Sequence record: PZ662386.1
DNA from: a phage
Reading direction: 5' to 3' (one strand)
DNA length: 52,735 bases
Each line of letters begins with the position of its first letter. The first letter of the stretch is position 1. A program made the position numbers and the translations under genes. Under the pieces are notes generated by a model, which ran no database searches, was not told where the DNA came from, and saw only the letters and a program-made list of their open reading frames with translations. Below are positions 20,039-30,091 of the stretch, piece by piece.

Positions 20039-21183
20039 TGACTCAACGTCTTAAGTTTAATTTTCCCTGGGCGCAAGATGGCGAAGTTAAAGACCCGGAC
20101 TTGGATACCACTGCGCCAAGTTTTATCGAAAACAGGTACGCCAATCTGGGCTGGGAAGCTGAAAAGCCTCCCAATGAATGGCAGAACTTCTTATCTCAAA
20201 TTAGTGATTTGAAGATTATATCTCTGCTGTTCAGTGGCATTGCTGAGTTTGATTCAAGTGTGACTTATCAAGTTGGTGCAGTATCTTCCCTCAATGGTGT
20301 TGTTCGTGTATACACACCCACAGGTTGGGAAGAAGTGATGGACCTCAAGAGGGTTGACTACCTTAATGACGTCAGTAACTTGAAGTCCCTCTACGATAAT
20401 CACTTGGCTGCAACCAATCCACATAAAGAAACTGTGGATACCATCACAGATAAAACTTATAGCAAAACTGATATAGATGATGCCTTTGGAAGCCCCACAG
20501 ACCCAAGGACCATAGTGTATCATAAGCTACAAACTGGTCGCGTACACCAAGAAACTCCACAACAGCTTGGAACTCTTCCAACATCCGGTGGCAAGTTTTC
20601 CGGACCTGTGTCACTGTTGAGTGGTATGAAGTTTGGAACAAACATCACAATTCAAATGAACCCAGGAAATGGGAGAATTGAGATGCGAGCAGGTAATAGG
20701 ATTCTATCCATTGATGCACTTGGCAATGTTCTGTGGAGCATAGTTGGTGGTGCGGAATATCCAGTGATGACAGAACTGAATTACTCAGAATTTCAGATTC
20801 GCTGGGGAAACAGGTTTGCACTTCCTACACCATATTTGCAAATGGACTTTGCGAGAAGCATTAATGATGGTTCATCTGTTCGTGACTGGACAATAACAAC
20901 CACAGGAACACCAGTGTTTCACCCTAGCGGTGGGTTGAAGATAGATGACAACACTGTCACGTTTTCCGGATTTAATATCACTATTCCGACAACCATAGTT
21001 GCACTCACCAGAAACTCTGCTGGCGCACTTGGGAGGGGCAACTCAGATGCTCCATCTGGAGGATATACGAGCCTAAACACCCTGCTTACAAACTTGGGTG
21101 TATCAGATGCTGCATACATTGTCAGTATTACTTGTTACCCAACACTTACCGCTTATCAGAAATCAATGTTAGTGAGGCCATAA
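20038..21183 (+). CDS. tail fibre / baseplate protein (putative)
   Basis: 381-aa ORF, RBS GGAGAAA. Confidence 0.4.
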   Translation: MTQRLKFNFPWAQDGEVKDPDLDTTAPSFIENRYANLGWEAEKPPNEWQNFLSQISDLKIISLLFSGIAEFDSSVTYQVGAVSSLNGVVRVYTPTGWEEVMDLKRVDYLNDVSNLKSLYDNHLAATNPHKETVDTITDKTYSKTDIDDAFGSPTDPRTIVYHKLQTGRVHQETPQQLGTLPTSGGKFSGPVSLLSGMKFGTNITIQMNPGNGRIEMRAGNRILSIDALGNVLWSIVGGAEYPVMTELNYSEFQIRWGNRFALPTPYLQMDFARSINDGSSVRDWTITTTGTPVFHPSGGLKIDDNTVTFSGFNITIPTTIVALTRNSAGALGRGNSDAPSGGYTSLNTLLTNLGVSDAAYIVSITCYPTLTAYQKSMLVRP

Positions 21184-22568
21184 TGGCAATTCGTCCTAAA
21201 CTGAACCGAGTCTGGACTTCAAACAACTCTGTCGCAAGACGTGACCCAGGGGATGAAAAATATCTCAAGGGTTGGGTTGCAGAGATTCCGACCTATCAGG
21301 TTCTTAACTACCTGCAATACAAGATTGACACCACAATGCTTGCACAAGCAGAGCGTGGAATCTTTGAGTGGGGAAATGATGTAAGTTATGGCGTTGGTAG
21401 TTTGGCTTGGGACGAAACAGACAAGACTATTTATGTTTGTACTGTCACCAGCCCTAACAAAACACTACGCCCAAGTGCAAACTCTGCACAATGGAGTCCA
21501 AGCTCCATCCAAGTTTCTCGTGTAAATTATGACTCAATTGTGGCAGCAATCAATGCACACATTGCAGACATAACTTCAAACCCGCACAAAGTAACTGCTG
21601 CACAAATTGGTGCATACAACAAGTCCGAACTTGATTCGATTGTTGCCAACTATCGTGCAATGGTACAGGCACACGTAACGGACTACAACAACCCGCACCA
21701 ACTTACTGCAACTCAGGTTGGTGCTGTTCCTGTAACTGGTGGCGCATATACTGGTGAAGTTACTTTCACAACTGTGTACCTAAATGATTCCAAAACTGCA
21801 CAGATTGTAAATGACGGTGGATTGTATCTTCGTAATGGAAGCTACTACCTTGGAATCAATGGAACCACAGGAAATCCAGAGGCAGGCACTGCTGCAAGTA
21901 AGTCGCGTATTGTAACGGAACTAAACTTCCCAGATGTTAAGGCAGCACAAGAGCCTGGGTATGCTCACCTGGAACCAACATTCCAAATGAACTTTATAAA
22001 CTCACTTAACATAGTGAGGGGTTCTGGAACAGTGTCTTCTACAGAAGGCATGGATATTCGATACGACCAAGCTAATGGTGGTGTGTTCCTGTTTGACCAG
22101 GGTGGCATTGGACATTCGATAAGCGGTAGCGACGAACTTGTAGCAACTGGTGAAAACGTGCCATTTACGATTGCATTTGACTACTACCCAAACAATCCGA
22201 TAGATTCAACATCCTGGCAGTTTACTCTGGGATTACTTGGGTATAAGGTATTGTTCCGAGTAAACAACAACATGTACCTAGAGATTAGGAACTCTTCTGG
22301 CTCTAACGTGCAAAGATGTGCCAACTCTTATGTTGTAACGCCATATACTTGGAACAGGATTGTTGCAACACATGACGGGACCACATACCGCCTTTATGTA
22401 AATGGTGTGCAGATTGCCGAAGAAGCTGGCGGATTTGCAACGCACAACAACTCTGCCAGTCGTAAGTTCTTTATGAACCTTGCTGCAAATGTCCAGAAAG
22501 CTGTCAGGTTCCGCGGATTTAGGCTCTGGCCGTACTCGCTCAGTGCCAAGCAAGTTTCAACTTTATAG
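21183..22568 (+). CDS. tail fibre protein with NPH-type fibre repeats and lectin-like C-terminal domain
   Basis: Repeats NPHKVTAAQIGA and NPHQLTATQVGA; C-terminal jelly-roll-like segment; ATG at 21183 with GTGAGG RBS (ORF-track start 21132 overlaps upstream gene). Confidence 0.65.
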   Translation: MAIRPKLNRVWTSNNSVARRDPGDEKYLKGWVAEIPTYQVLNYLQYKIDTTMLAQAERGIFEWGNDVSYGVGSLAWDETDKTIYVCTVTSPNKTLRPSANSAQWSPSSIQVSRVNYDSIVAAINAHIADITSNPHKVTAAQIGAYNKSELDSIVANYRAMVQAHVTDYNNPHQLTATQVGAVPVTGGAYTGEVTFTTVYLNDSKTAQIVNDGGLYLRNGSYYLGINGTTGNPEAGTAASKSRIVTELNFPDVKAAQEPGYAHLEPTFQMNFINSLNIVRGSGTVSSTEGMDIRYDQANGGVFLFDQGGIGHSISGSDELVATGENVPFTIAFDYYPNNPIDSTSWQFTLGLLGYKVLFRVNNNMYLEIRNSSGSNVQRCANSYVVTPYTWNRIVATHDGTTYRLYVNGVQIAEEAGGFATHNNSASRKFFMNLAANVQKAVRFRGFRLWPYSLSAKQVSTL

Positions 22569-22576
22569 GATTCAAA

Positions 22577-23617
22577 ATGGCTAAAGGTTATTCTTTAGAT
22601 GCACTAGTCAATGAGCACTACATGAAGTCTCGTACCAGCCTGGAGACTACAAACTTGAACACCCTCACGGGAATGGATAGCGTTGGTGTGTATTACCAAA
22701 ACTTCGATGGCTACGCCTCGACTGCAAACAGTTATCCAGCAGGTGCTCAGGCAGGAACCCTTGAGGTGTTGCCACACAATGCCAACAAATATGGCAGGGT
22801 GTTACAACGGTATACAACATATGGCACACTACGTTGTTGGATTCGTAGCCAGGGCTATGCCACAGAGAATGATGCGTTTACTCCGTGGACAGAGCTAATT
22901 AATGCCAACAACATCTACAATGCCATCTACCCAATCGGTATTGTCGTCCTGTTTGATAATGCCACCAACCCAAACAATGCCTTCACTGGAACTGTGTGGG
23001 AACAAGTCGTCGATGGTCGTGTCGCTCGTGCTGCAACTGGTCCGGAAGCTGGCACGGCTGATGGTCAGATTGGTTCGGTAGCTGGGTCTGATACTTGCAC
23101 TATTTCTGTGGCTAACATGCCAGGCCATACGCACGGAATGCAAAACCACACCCACGGTATTGCAGCCCACTCGCACACGATGGCCCACACTCACACCATC
23201 AACCACGACCACGGTGCTGTAACAACAAGTTCCAGCGGTGCTCATACACACTCCGTGTCCGGCACTGCTGCGAGTAATGGCAAACACACGCACACAGCCG
23301 GAACTGGCTACACTGGTGCAGGTAACTACATTGGTGCAGGTACTGGTACTGGCTTAGGTACGATGACCACAAACTCCGCAGGTGCGCATACTCACTCAGT
23401 GAGTGGAACTGCTGAGTCTTCTGGCGCTCATACGCACTCTGTAGACTTGCCAAACTTCACTGGTACAAGTGGTGGTTCTAGTGCAGGTAACACTGGTGGC
23501 ACTGCCCTGACCACTGGTGGCCCTAACAGTAACGAAACAACCTCAACTGGCAGTGGGACCGCACTCAATGTGCGCAACTCTTCACACTATTACGCCTTCT
23601 GGAAACGGGTGGCTTAA
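22577..23617 (+). CDS. tail fibre / receptor-binding protein with His-x-His repeats
   Basis: Repeated GAHTHSVSGTA units and HTHGMQNHTHGIAAHSH tract; Gly/Thr-rich. Confidence 0.6.
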   Translation: MAKGYSLDALVNEHYMKSRTSLETTNLNTLTGMDSVGVYYQNFDGYASTANSYPAGAQAGTLEVLPHNANKYGRVLQRYTTYGTLRCWIRSQGYATENDAFTPWTELINANNIYNAIYPIGIVVLFDNATNPNNAFTGTVWEQVVDGRVARAATGPEAGTADGQIGSVAGSDTCTISVANMPGHTHGMQNHTHGIAAHSHTMAHTHTINHDHGAVTTSSSGAHTHSVSGTAASNGKHTHTAGTGYTGAGNYIGAGTGTGLGTMTTNSAGAHTHSVSGTAESSGAHTHSVDLPNFTGTSGGSSAGNTGGTALTTGGPNSNETTSTGSGTALNVRNSSHYYAFWKRVA

Positions 23618-23625
23618 GGAAAACA

Positions 23626-23967
23626 ATGGAACGATTATCCATTCAGATGTTTGTGGACCTAATGCACCAATATGGCGTATGGCATGGATTGCTGGCTGGC
23701 CTGACGGCTTTAATCCGTGGGGCATACGAGAGTGAGGGTTTAAGCAAAGCGTTGCTGGATGCGACGCTATGCAGCCTAATCGGCCTGTTTGCATTTCAGG
23801 TCGCTGGCACATTTGAGACTTTCACGACTAACGTCACTATGCAGCTAGTATTGGCTATCGTGATTGGTGTCATCGGTGCAAACCTCATTATCACAACTGT
23901 CAGGGAAAGTTTCTCTGGCGCAATCAAACAACTTAATCCTTTGACGTGGTTCAAGAAGGCACGATGA
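23626..23967 (+). CDS. holin (lambda S-like)
   Basis: 113 aa, 2-3 predicted TM helices; segment LIRGAYESEGLSKALLDATLCSLIGLF resembles lambda S; immediately before endolysin. Confidence 0.7.
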   Translation: MERLSIQMFVDLMHQYGVWHGLLAGLTALIRGAYESEGLSKALLDATLCSLIGLFAFQVAGTFETFTTNVTMQLVLAIVIGVIGANLIITTVRESFSGAIKQLNPLTWFKKAR

Positions 23968-23984
23968 AATGATAAGGAACTCGA

Positions 23985-24539
23985 ATGCTATCATTCAAAG
24001 TTCTTGCACTTCTGACAGCTTTAGTTCACATCAACGCCCCAGCTTCGGTTGGGGCAGTGAATTCTGCTATTACAGATTTTGCAAGTCATTCTTATTTAAA
24101 TGGAAGTCTGAAACTATCTTCTTCACAACGCAAAGAGCTAGAATGCTATACTAAAGTTATCTGGTATGAAGCTCGCGGAGAAGACAAACATGGAAAGATT
24201 CTGGTAGCTAATGTCGTCCGTAATAGAACAGAGTTCGGGAAGCCATTCGCTAACACCGTTTGTGATGTTGTCTATCAACGCAATCAATTTGCATGGACAC
24301 GAGAAGCAAAGAAGAAGAATGCTCAATGGAAGCATGTAGCAAAGATTAATTATGCCACAGAACAACAACAAGTTCTGGACACCATTAATGTTGCAATCTC
24401 TTTTGTATTATTTAATCAACCCTCTGTCACCAAAGCAACCCACTTTTGTACAGCATCGGAGAAGTGCAACTTCAAGAATGTTAAAGGTTTGGGACGTTAT
24501 GGTGGCCATAAATTCTATGAGTATCTAGGAAATCTGTAA
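23985..24539 (+). CDS. endolysin, SleB-like cell-wall hydrolase with N-terminal signal peptide
   Basis: N-terminal hydrophobic signal ([18 protein letters not shown]); SleB/Hydrolase_2-like [29 protein letters not shown]. Confidence 0.75.
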   Translation: MLSFKVLALLTALVHINAPASVGAVNSAITDFASHSYLNGSLKLSSSQRKELECYTKVIWYEARGEDKHGKILVANVVRNRTEFGKPFANTVCDVVYQRNQFAWTREAKKKNAQWKHVAKINYATEQQQVLDTINVAISFVLFNQPSVTKATHFCTASEKCNFKNVKGLGRYGGHKFYEYLGNL

Positions 24540-25639
24540 TGGCTTACACTACCTTTTCACAAACCAAGAATAACCAACTATTAGAACCAATGTTCTTTGG
24601 TCAGAACGTTAACGTTGCTCGATATGACCAACAGAAGTACAGCATCTTCGAGAAGTTAATCGAGAAGCAGTTATCTTTCTTTTGGCGACCTGAAGAGGTT
24701 GATGTTAGCCAGGACCGAATTGACTATGCTGGTCTGCCTGAATGCGAGAAGCACATCTTTACCAGCAATTTACGATACCAAATCCTGCTTGATTCCATTC
24801 AAGGACGTGGACCAACCACAGTTTTGCTGCCAATTGTGAGCATTCCTGAACTGGAAACTTGGATTGAAACTTGGTCATTCTCGGAGACAATTCACTCCCG
24901 TTCTTACACACATATTATTCGTAATATTGTTACAGACCCGAGTGTCATTTTCGACGAAATTGTGGAGAATGAGCATATTAAAATGCGTGCAATCGGCATA
25001 TCCCAATATTATGACGAACTTCAACACCTAACTTCCATGTGGCATCTGCATGAAGATGAAGTAGACCTTCGTGAGCTTAAGAAGAAGCTATATTTATGCC
25101 TCATGTCCATTAATGCACTGGAAGCAATCCGCTTTTATGTCAGCTTTGCTTGCTCATTTGCCTTCGCTGAACGCAAGTTAATGGAAGGAAATGCCAAGAT
25201 TATTCGCTTAATTGCTCGTGATGAAGCACTCCATTTGACTGGAACTCAACACATGTTGAATCTTCTTGCAAGCGGGGTTGATGACCCAGAAATGGCCGAA
25301 ATTGCCAAAGAATGCCGTCAAGAATGCCAAATAATGTTCGAAAATGTGGCCCAACAAGAGAAAGATTGGGCTGATTATTTGTTCAAAGATGGCTCAATGA
25401 TTGGCTTAAATAAGCAAATTCTGTGCGGATATGTCGAATATATCACAAATATTCGTATGCAAGCAGTTGGATTGGATGCTCCATTCAAAGGTGCCACTAA
25501 CCCGATTCCTTGGATTAACGCATGGTTGAATTCGGATGCTGTACAAGTTGCTCCACAGGAAACGGAGATTAGTTCGTACCTTGTCGGGCAGATTGACTCC
25601 GAAGTTGACACCAATGCTCTAGGCGGATTTGAACTATGA
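24539..25639 (+). CDS. nrdB: ribonucleotide reductase small subunit (class I beta)
   Basis: Iron-ligand motifs [16 protein letters not shown] and [13 protein letters not shown]; 366 aa. Confidence 0.9.
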   Translation: MAYTTFSQTKNNQLLEPMFFGQNVNVARYDQQKYSIFEKLIEKQLSFFWRPEEVDVSQDRIDYAGLPECEKHIFTSNLRYQILLDSIQGRGPTTVLLPIVSIPELETWIETWSFSETIHSRSYTHIIRNIVTDPSVIFDEIVENEHIKMRAIGISQYYDELQHLTSMWHLHEDEVDLRELKKKLYLCLMSINALEAIRFYVSFACSFAFAERKLMEGNAKIIRLIARDEALHLTGTQHMLNLLASGVDDPEMAEIAKECRQECQIMFENVAQQEKDWADYLFKDGSMIGLNKQILCGYVEYITNIRMQAVGLDAPFKGATNPIPWINAWLNSDAVQVAPQETEISSYLVGQIDSEVDTNALGGFEL

Positions 25640-25814
25640 TTGGATATGGTGAAGGCTGACGTTTGTCAGTTAATATGCGAGAAGAGATTCGATGCGTTAT
25701 CGTCGTTTCTCTTTGAGCTAGAATAAAACAAGTAAATTAAATATTTATTATTCCCAATATTGCTACAATATTGAGAGCAATATTAGGAATGCGTAAAGTT
25801 AAAACCAAATGGTA

Positions 25815-25871
25815 CATGGTCGGTCAACTGTACCTGGATAGAAATTCGTTCATGGTCGGTCAGCTGTATCT
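25815..25871 (+). repeat. two copies of a 21-bp direct repeat
   Basis: CATGGTCGGTCAACTGTACCT and CATGGTCGGTCAGCTGTATCT 36 bp apart. Confidence 0.6.
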
Positions 25872-25962
25872 CGCCGAAATTTGTTCGAACAGTTGTCTGA
25901 CTATGAAATAATTTTTTTTTTATAATTTTTTTTTTTATTTTCAATATTGCTACAGAATTAAT

Positions 25963-26040
25963 GAGACTAGAATTCGTAACAAAGCTACGAGACTCGAATT
26001 GTTACGATATTAACGAGACTCAATCTGTGACAATATTATA
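25963..26040 (+). repeat. three tandem 26-bp iteron-like repeats (GAGACT-NGAAT core)
   Basis: GAGACT at 25963, 25989, 26015 with 26-bp period; adjacent poly-T tracts at 25911-25943. Confidence 0.55.
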
Positions 26041-26218
26041 ATCTTATTTTTGGGCCAGCGGGGAGGGGAAGCCCAACGTCCTATCGGACTTAAAATACGG
26101 TCCCTACTCCAACTTTTTCCTACAGCCTATCGGCTTTCAAACAACACCAAGTTAGGCGCTTCGCTTATGGGTCAAGGTCAAAGTCTCCGTGCTGTTGTAA
26201 CAATGGCACAGGTTTGTG

Positions 26219-26236
26219 ATATTAGTTGGACGTGAA
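26219..26236 (+). promoter_or_regulatory. conserved promoter-like motif (candidate phage-RNAP promoter)
   Basis: ATATTAGTTGGACGTGAA, member of the ACATTAGTTGGATGTGAA family; 67 nt upstream of RNAP gene. Confidence 0.4.
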
Positions 26237-26302
26237 TTGTGTAATGGCTACGCTATTATAATCCGTTTCAGTTAAATCATACACAATCTTGGAGACTTAC
26301 AA

Positions 26303-28243
26303 ATGACTACTATCACCACTCAAACTATCAAATCCGTTGTTCCTGCTATCACTGCTCTGGTATACCGTGCCAAAGAGAAACAGAACTATATGCAGCCTCA
26401 GACTTGTGCTATTGCTGCCTTAGCCATCTTCAAGATGATGACGTCTTTCACTCGTGATGACGTTGTTCCTGCCATCGCGATGGTTGAACTGGCTTCTGCT
26501 TCTATTGCTGATGCCAACCGTTATAACAACGATTTGAAAGCAATGCACTATGTTGACCCAGCTATCAACCTCATTGGTCTGGCTAAGCACTTTGGCTTCA
26601 TCACCATGAACGAAGACAAGTCATTCCAACAGACTGACACATGGGTTGAACTGGTTACAACCAAAGACACCGCAGTGCCATTCACTGAGCGTGTTACATC
26701 TGAATCTCGTCGCAAGCCTTTCGTTAAAGGTGGCAAGGTTAAGCCATCTAAGACTCTGAAAGCTGCAATCGAATTCCTGCAAGATACTGAGTACCATGTG
26801 GAGACTGAGATGGTTCGCATCATCCAGTCCATGCTTGAGCAACGTACTTATGGTGGCTTGCAGATGCCAGAAGCAATCCAGACTGAACTCCATGTTTGGA
26901 ACAATGCTGTAGCAATGATGAATCAGGACACACTGTATTCTGACTACTTTGCTGATAACCGTGGTCGCCTGTATCATGTAGCATGTGCTGGTCCTAACCC
27001 ACAATCATCTGACTTTGCTCGTTGCTTGTATTCTCACAATGTTGAGAACATCGTTAAGAAGTTTAACGAAGATGGTTCTACTACCATTGCATACAATATG
27101 TTCATGGCAGAACTGGAAGACATTTCTGGTGGTGAATGGTGCACTGCTAAGCGTTTGACTTATGTTGCTCAGAATCCTGCTGGTTCACTTGCTCGCATGA
27201 TGAACATGCCTAAAGCTGAACGTCCTTCTAAGCCATTCACTTATGTTCGTCTGGCTCTGGATTGGTTCAAGTTTGAGACTACAGGTGAATGCGATTCTCG
27301 TGTAGGCTTTGGCTTAGATGCTAAATGCTCTGGTACTCAATATCTGGCATTCATTGCTGGCAATATGGAAATGGCTCGTGCAACAGGTCTGGTTGATTCT
27401 GAGACTAAAGCATCTGACCCATACCAGTTGAGTCTTCGTGAACTGTTGAAGCTGCTGGACAAGTCTTCAATGAAGCCATCTCCTGAAATCATGGAAGAGT
27501 TCTTGAATCCGAAAGCTGGTCGTAAGTTTATCAAAACTCCGTACATGGCTATTCAATACGGTGGTGGTAAAGCTGCATTAACTGGTTCTTCTGACTTCAT
27601 TAGCTACATGACAGAAGCTCTCCAGATTCCAGTTGAGAAAGCTGAGGCATTTGCTGAACTGTGTGTGGAAGCAATCCATAACGCATTGGGTGCCAAGATT
27701 AACATGTTCATCGAGAAAGCTGCTGATGCTGCATACAACCGTTGTGTTGAACTCAACAAAGAGTACATCACATACCGTCACACTGACGGTCAGGTTGTAA
27801 TGAAGCCTTGCTTCCCATCCCGTGAAATCTGTGAGGCATTCAGCATTCGTGTTGACTCTCAAACTCGTGTTATCTTTGGTCAGATTCAGGAGAATAAGCC
27901 TTGGACCATTCGTGAATCCAATCCAACTAAAGAAGAATTCAAGCGTACTTTCGTTGTTAACTACATTCAAGGTATTGACGCACTGGTTGCTCGTACTGTT
28001 GCAGTTAAAGCTAAAGAAGCTGGCCTTCGTGGTTTCACTTCAATCCATGATTGTTTCCGTTGCTGTTTGGCAGATGCTCCACGTATGATGGAAGTTATTC
28101 GTGCAGCATATGTTGAAATCTTTGTAACCAACAATCAATTCGAGAATCTGTCTAAGCAACTCGGTGGCATTCAGATGTATCATGAGAACATCGTAACCGA
28201 AGAGCTTCTGATGAGCGAACACGCTTACTACTTCTGTCAATAA
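26303..28243 (+). CDS. single-subunit RNA polymerase (T7-like, compact)
   Basis: T7 RNAP-like motifs DNRGRLY...NPQ, DAKCSGTQY, KTPYMAIQYGGG, SIHDCF; only 646 aa. Confidence 0.8.
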   Translation: MTTITTQTIKSVVPAITALVYRAKEKQNYMQPQTCAIAALAIFKMMTSFTRDDVVPAIAMVELASASIADANRYNNDLKAMHYVDPAINLIGLAKHFGFITMNEDKSFQQTDTWVELVTTKDTAVPFTERVTSESRRKPFVKGGKVKPSKTLKAAIEFLQDTEYHVETEMVRIIQSMLEQRTYGGLQMPEAIQTELHVWNNAVAMMNQDTLYSDYFADNRGRLYHVACAGPNPQSSDFARCLYSHNVENIVKKFNEDGSTTIAYNMFMAELEDISGGEWCTAKRLTYVAQNPAGSLARMMNMPKAERPSKPFTYVRLALDWFKFETTGECDSRVGFGLDAKCSGTQYLAFIAGNMEMARATGLVDSETKASDPYQLSLRELLKLLDKSSMKPSPEIMEEFLNPKAGRKFIKTPYMAIQYGGGKAALTGSSDFISYMTEALQIPVEKAEAFAELCVEAIHNALGAKINMFIEKAADAAYNRCVELNKEYITYRHTDGQVVMKPCFPSREICEAFSIRVDSQTRVIFGQIQENKPWTIRESNPTKEEFKRTFVVNYIQGIDALVARTVAVKAKEAGLRGFTSIHDCFRCCLADAPRMMEVIRAAYVEIFVTNNQFENLSKQLGGIQMYHENIVTEELLMSEHAYYFCQ

Positions 28244-28250
28244 GAGAAAC

Positions 28251-28294
28251 AGGGCTGTCATCGAAAGGTGATGGCCCTTTCTTTATTCTTTATT
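28251..28294 (+). terminator. rho-independent terminator after RNAP gene
   Basis: Imperfect GC stem (AGGGC...GATGGCCC) followed by TTTCTTTATTCTTTATT. Confidence 0.55.
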
Positions 28295-28334
28295 AAATAA
28301 ATCCTTTAATTCCCAATATTCGGACAATATTGTT

Positions 28335-29235
28335 GCATGTAATATTGTCCCGATATTCGACATTAGTTGGATGTGAAGTAAAAGAATACGGAGAAATATT
28401 CCGCATGTCATGTTGAATCATTCTAGAAACATTCAGCATGTCAGCTTTGAGTTACAGTGTTGTAATGATGTGGCAATCATTGAACTCCCTGGGAAGGCCA
28501 CCTACAGTTCCAGCAACCATGACACAGAGTAGGAATATCTATCCGAAACTTTGACTTCATCTGTAGCATGTTCAATTGCTCCAATATTGTTCCTTCTCCT
28601 ATTATCAAGGCCCACCCACAAGCCGGGAGATAACTTTAGCAAGACTGGAACTTTTGGACATGCTTCTTTCTTTCAATCAGAATTCGAAAGAAGAGAAGAA
28701 GTCGGACTAAGCCTCTCGTTTGCACGCAGAAGCCGCCCCGATTTTGAGCAACAAATATTGTGACAATTGCGTCGCAGTATGGCATGTAAATATTGCTACA
28801 AATTGGCATGTTGGAATGTGGCAGAATTGTTAGAGGACTAATCACCTCGAAGATACAATCGTCTACCAATCTGGCATGTTAATTTTGTAACAGTATTTGT
28901 GCCAATTTCGCATGTAATAGCTGTATCAGTAGTGACCCAATATTCTTGCAACCCGCATGAATACTGGCTTCCAGCCAAGCGAAGGCTTTATCATCGCATG
29001 TAATATTGTGACAATATTGGGATAAAACCCTTTATTTAAATCATTTAGTTTATTAATTAAATGGTCGGTTTTCTGTACATAGGTATTTAGCTGTTTGTGC
29101 CAAATACAAACAAGTTGGCTGCTTCTACAGAACTCCAGTGCTATAAATGTTCGTGCCAATCTGCTGCGATTTATCTCATTTGGCGGGGTAATATTGTATT
29201 AGATTGGCATGTCATTCTTTCGATTAGTTGCATGT
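28335..29235 (+). repeat. array of about 12 degenerate GCATGT(A)A(T)ATTG-type repeats
   Basis: GCATGT at 28335, 28403, 28436, 28566, 28782, 28806, 28874, 28910, 28996, 29207, 29230 plus a GCATGA variant at 28955; interspersed CAATATTG palindromes. Confidence 0.6.
28360..28377 (+). promoter_or_regulatory. conserved promoter-like motif
   Basis: ACATTAGTTGGATGTGAA exact consensus copy. Confidence 0.4.
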
Positions 29236-29238
29236 GAA
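29221..29238 (+). promoter_or_regulatory. conserved promoter-like motif (variant)
   Basis: CGATTAGTTGCATGTGAA; about 180 nt upstream of the first early ORF. Confidence 0.35.
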
Positions 29239-29419
29239 TAAGACCAAATCTCTGTAAATTCTGTGACAGATTTTAGAGAGATTATGTCTCCAAGCTAATC
29301 ATTGTAGTTCTTCGGCACTTAATGTGTCACATACTCCCTACAACTTTAAGGTGGATTGAGGTAAGACAAGACCTCCACAATCGTTCTGTAGGGAGTTTTC
29401 TTTAACTTGGGAGAATAAA

Positions 29420-29668
29420 ATGGATACTGTGACTAAAGCTGCTTACTTTAAAGACTTGTCAGATGGTCAAATATTTTCTATTCGCTCTGTAAAGTGGATT
29501 AAAGTAAATGAATCAGACAAGTACAATGCTGTAAAGTTCTTTGATTCAAGCAAGGCATGTACTTTTAGTGACAATATTGTTGTAAATATTGAAGTCGAAT
29601 TAGAGCCAGATGATTCAAATGATGAAATCATTCTGCGTAAAACTGTTGGATACACTAAAGGATTCTGA
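29420..29668 (+). CDS. hypothetical early protein
   Basis: 82-aa ORF with RBS; first of a tightly packed, overlap-coupled early gene block. Confidence 0.5.
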   Translation: MDTVTKAAYFKDLSDGQIFSIRSVKWIKVNESDKYNAVKFFDSSKACTFSDNIVVNIEVELEPDDSNDEIILRKTVGYTKGF

Positions 29669-29669
29669 A

Positions 29670-29900
29670 ATGGATTATGCACTGTATCACTATATAAGCA
29701 GGACTGGGCTTGTTCGTCACGCTTTGGTTAACATTAAAACCAAAGACATACTGTTGGCTGGCTTGTCAATTTACGAAAACAATTTAGTATGGAAACGTGT
29801 TGTACATCCTGGACATGTTTGGGATGTAATTCAGTCTGACAAATACCACAAAATTGTTGCAATGGCTAACCGACCAGAGCACATCAAGCCGAGGAAATAA
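29670..29900 (+). CDS. hypothetical early protein
   Basis: ATG at 29670 with AAAGGA RBS; the ORF-track start 29610 overlaps the upstream gene. Confidence 0.45.
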   Translation: MDYALYHYISRTGLVRHALVNIKTKDILLAGLSIYENNLVWKRVVHPGHVWDVIQSDKYHKIVAMANRPEHIKPRK

Positions 29901-29902
29901 TC

Positions 29903-30091
29903 ATGGACTTCATCGTCTACTTTAAGTTAAATGGTGTAGAGCAAAGATTGTACTTCAATTCCTTACTTCGTTTGCAACAGTGGGCGGAGAAGTTTATTGG
30001 TTACGACTTTGAATACATCAACGCATGTACACCTGACGAACATGAGGAAATCGTGTTCAGTTCATTAAGCCAAATTCTGGAGGCCAAGTGA
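29903..30091 (+). CDS. hypothetical early protein
   Basis: 62-aa ORF with GAGGAAA RBS. Confidence 0.45.
   Translation: MDFIVYFKLNGVEQRLYFNSLLRLQQWAEKFIGYDFEYINACTPDEHEEIVFSSLSQILEAK

Noticed and set aside
26050-26235. 61-aa ORF upstream of the RNAP gene
   Set aside because: Overlaps the promoter-like motif and CCTATCGG direct repeats, has no RBS, and its composition is unlike neighbouring genes
28300-29240. Possible CRISPR array suggested by the dense short repeats
   Set aside because: Repeats are short (6-13 bp), degenerate and irregularly spaced, with no uniform repeat-spacer periodicity and no cas genes
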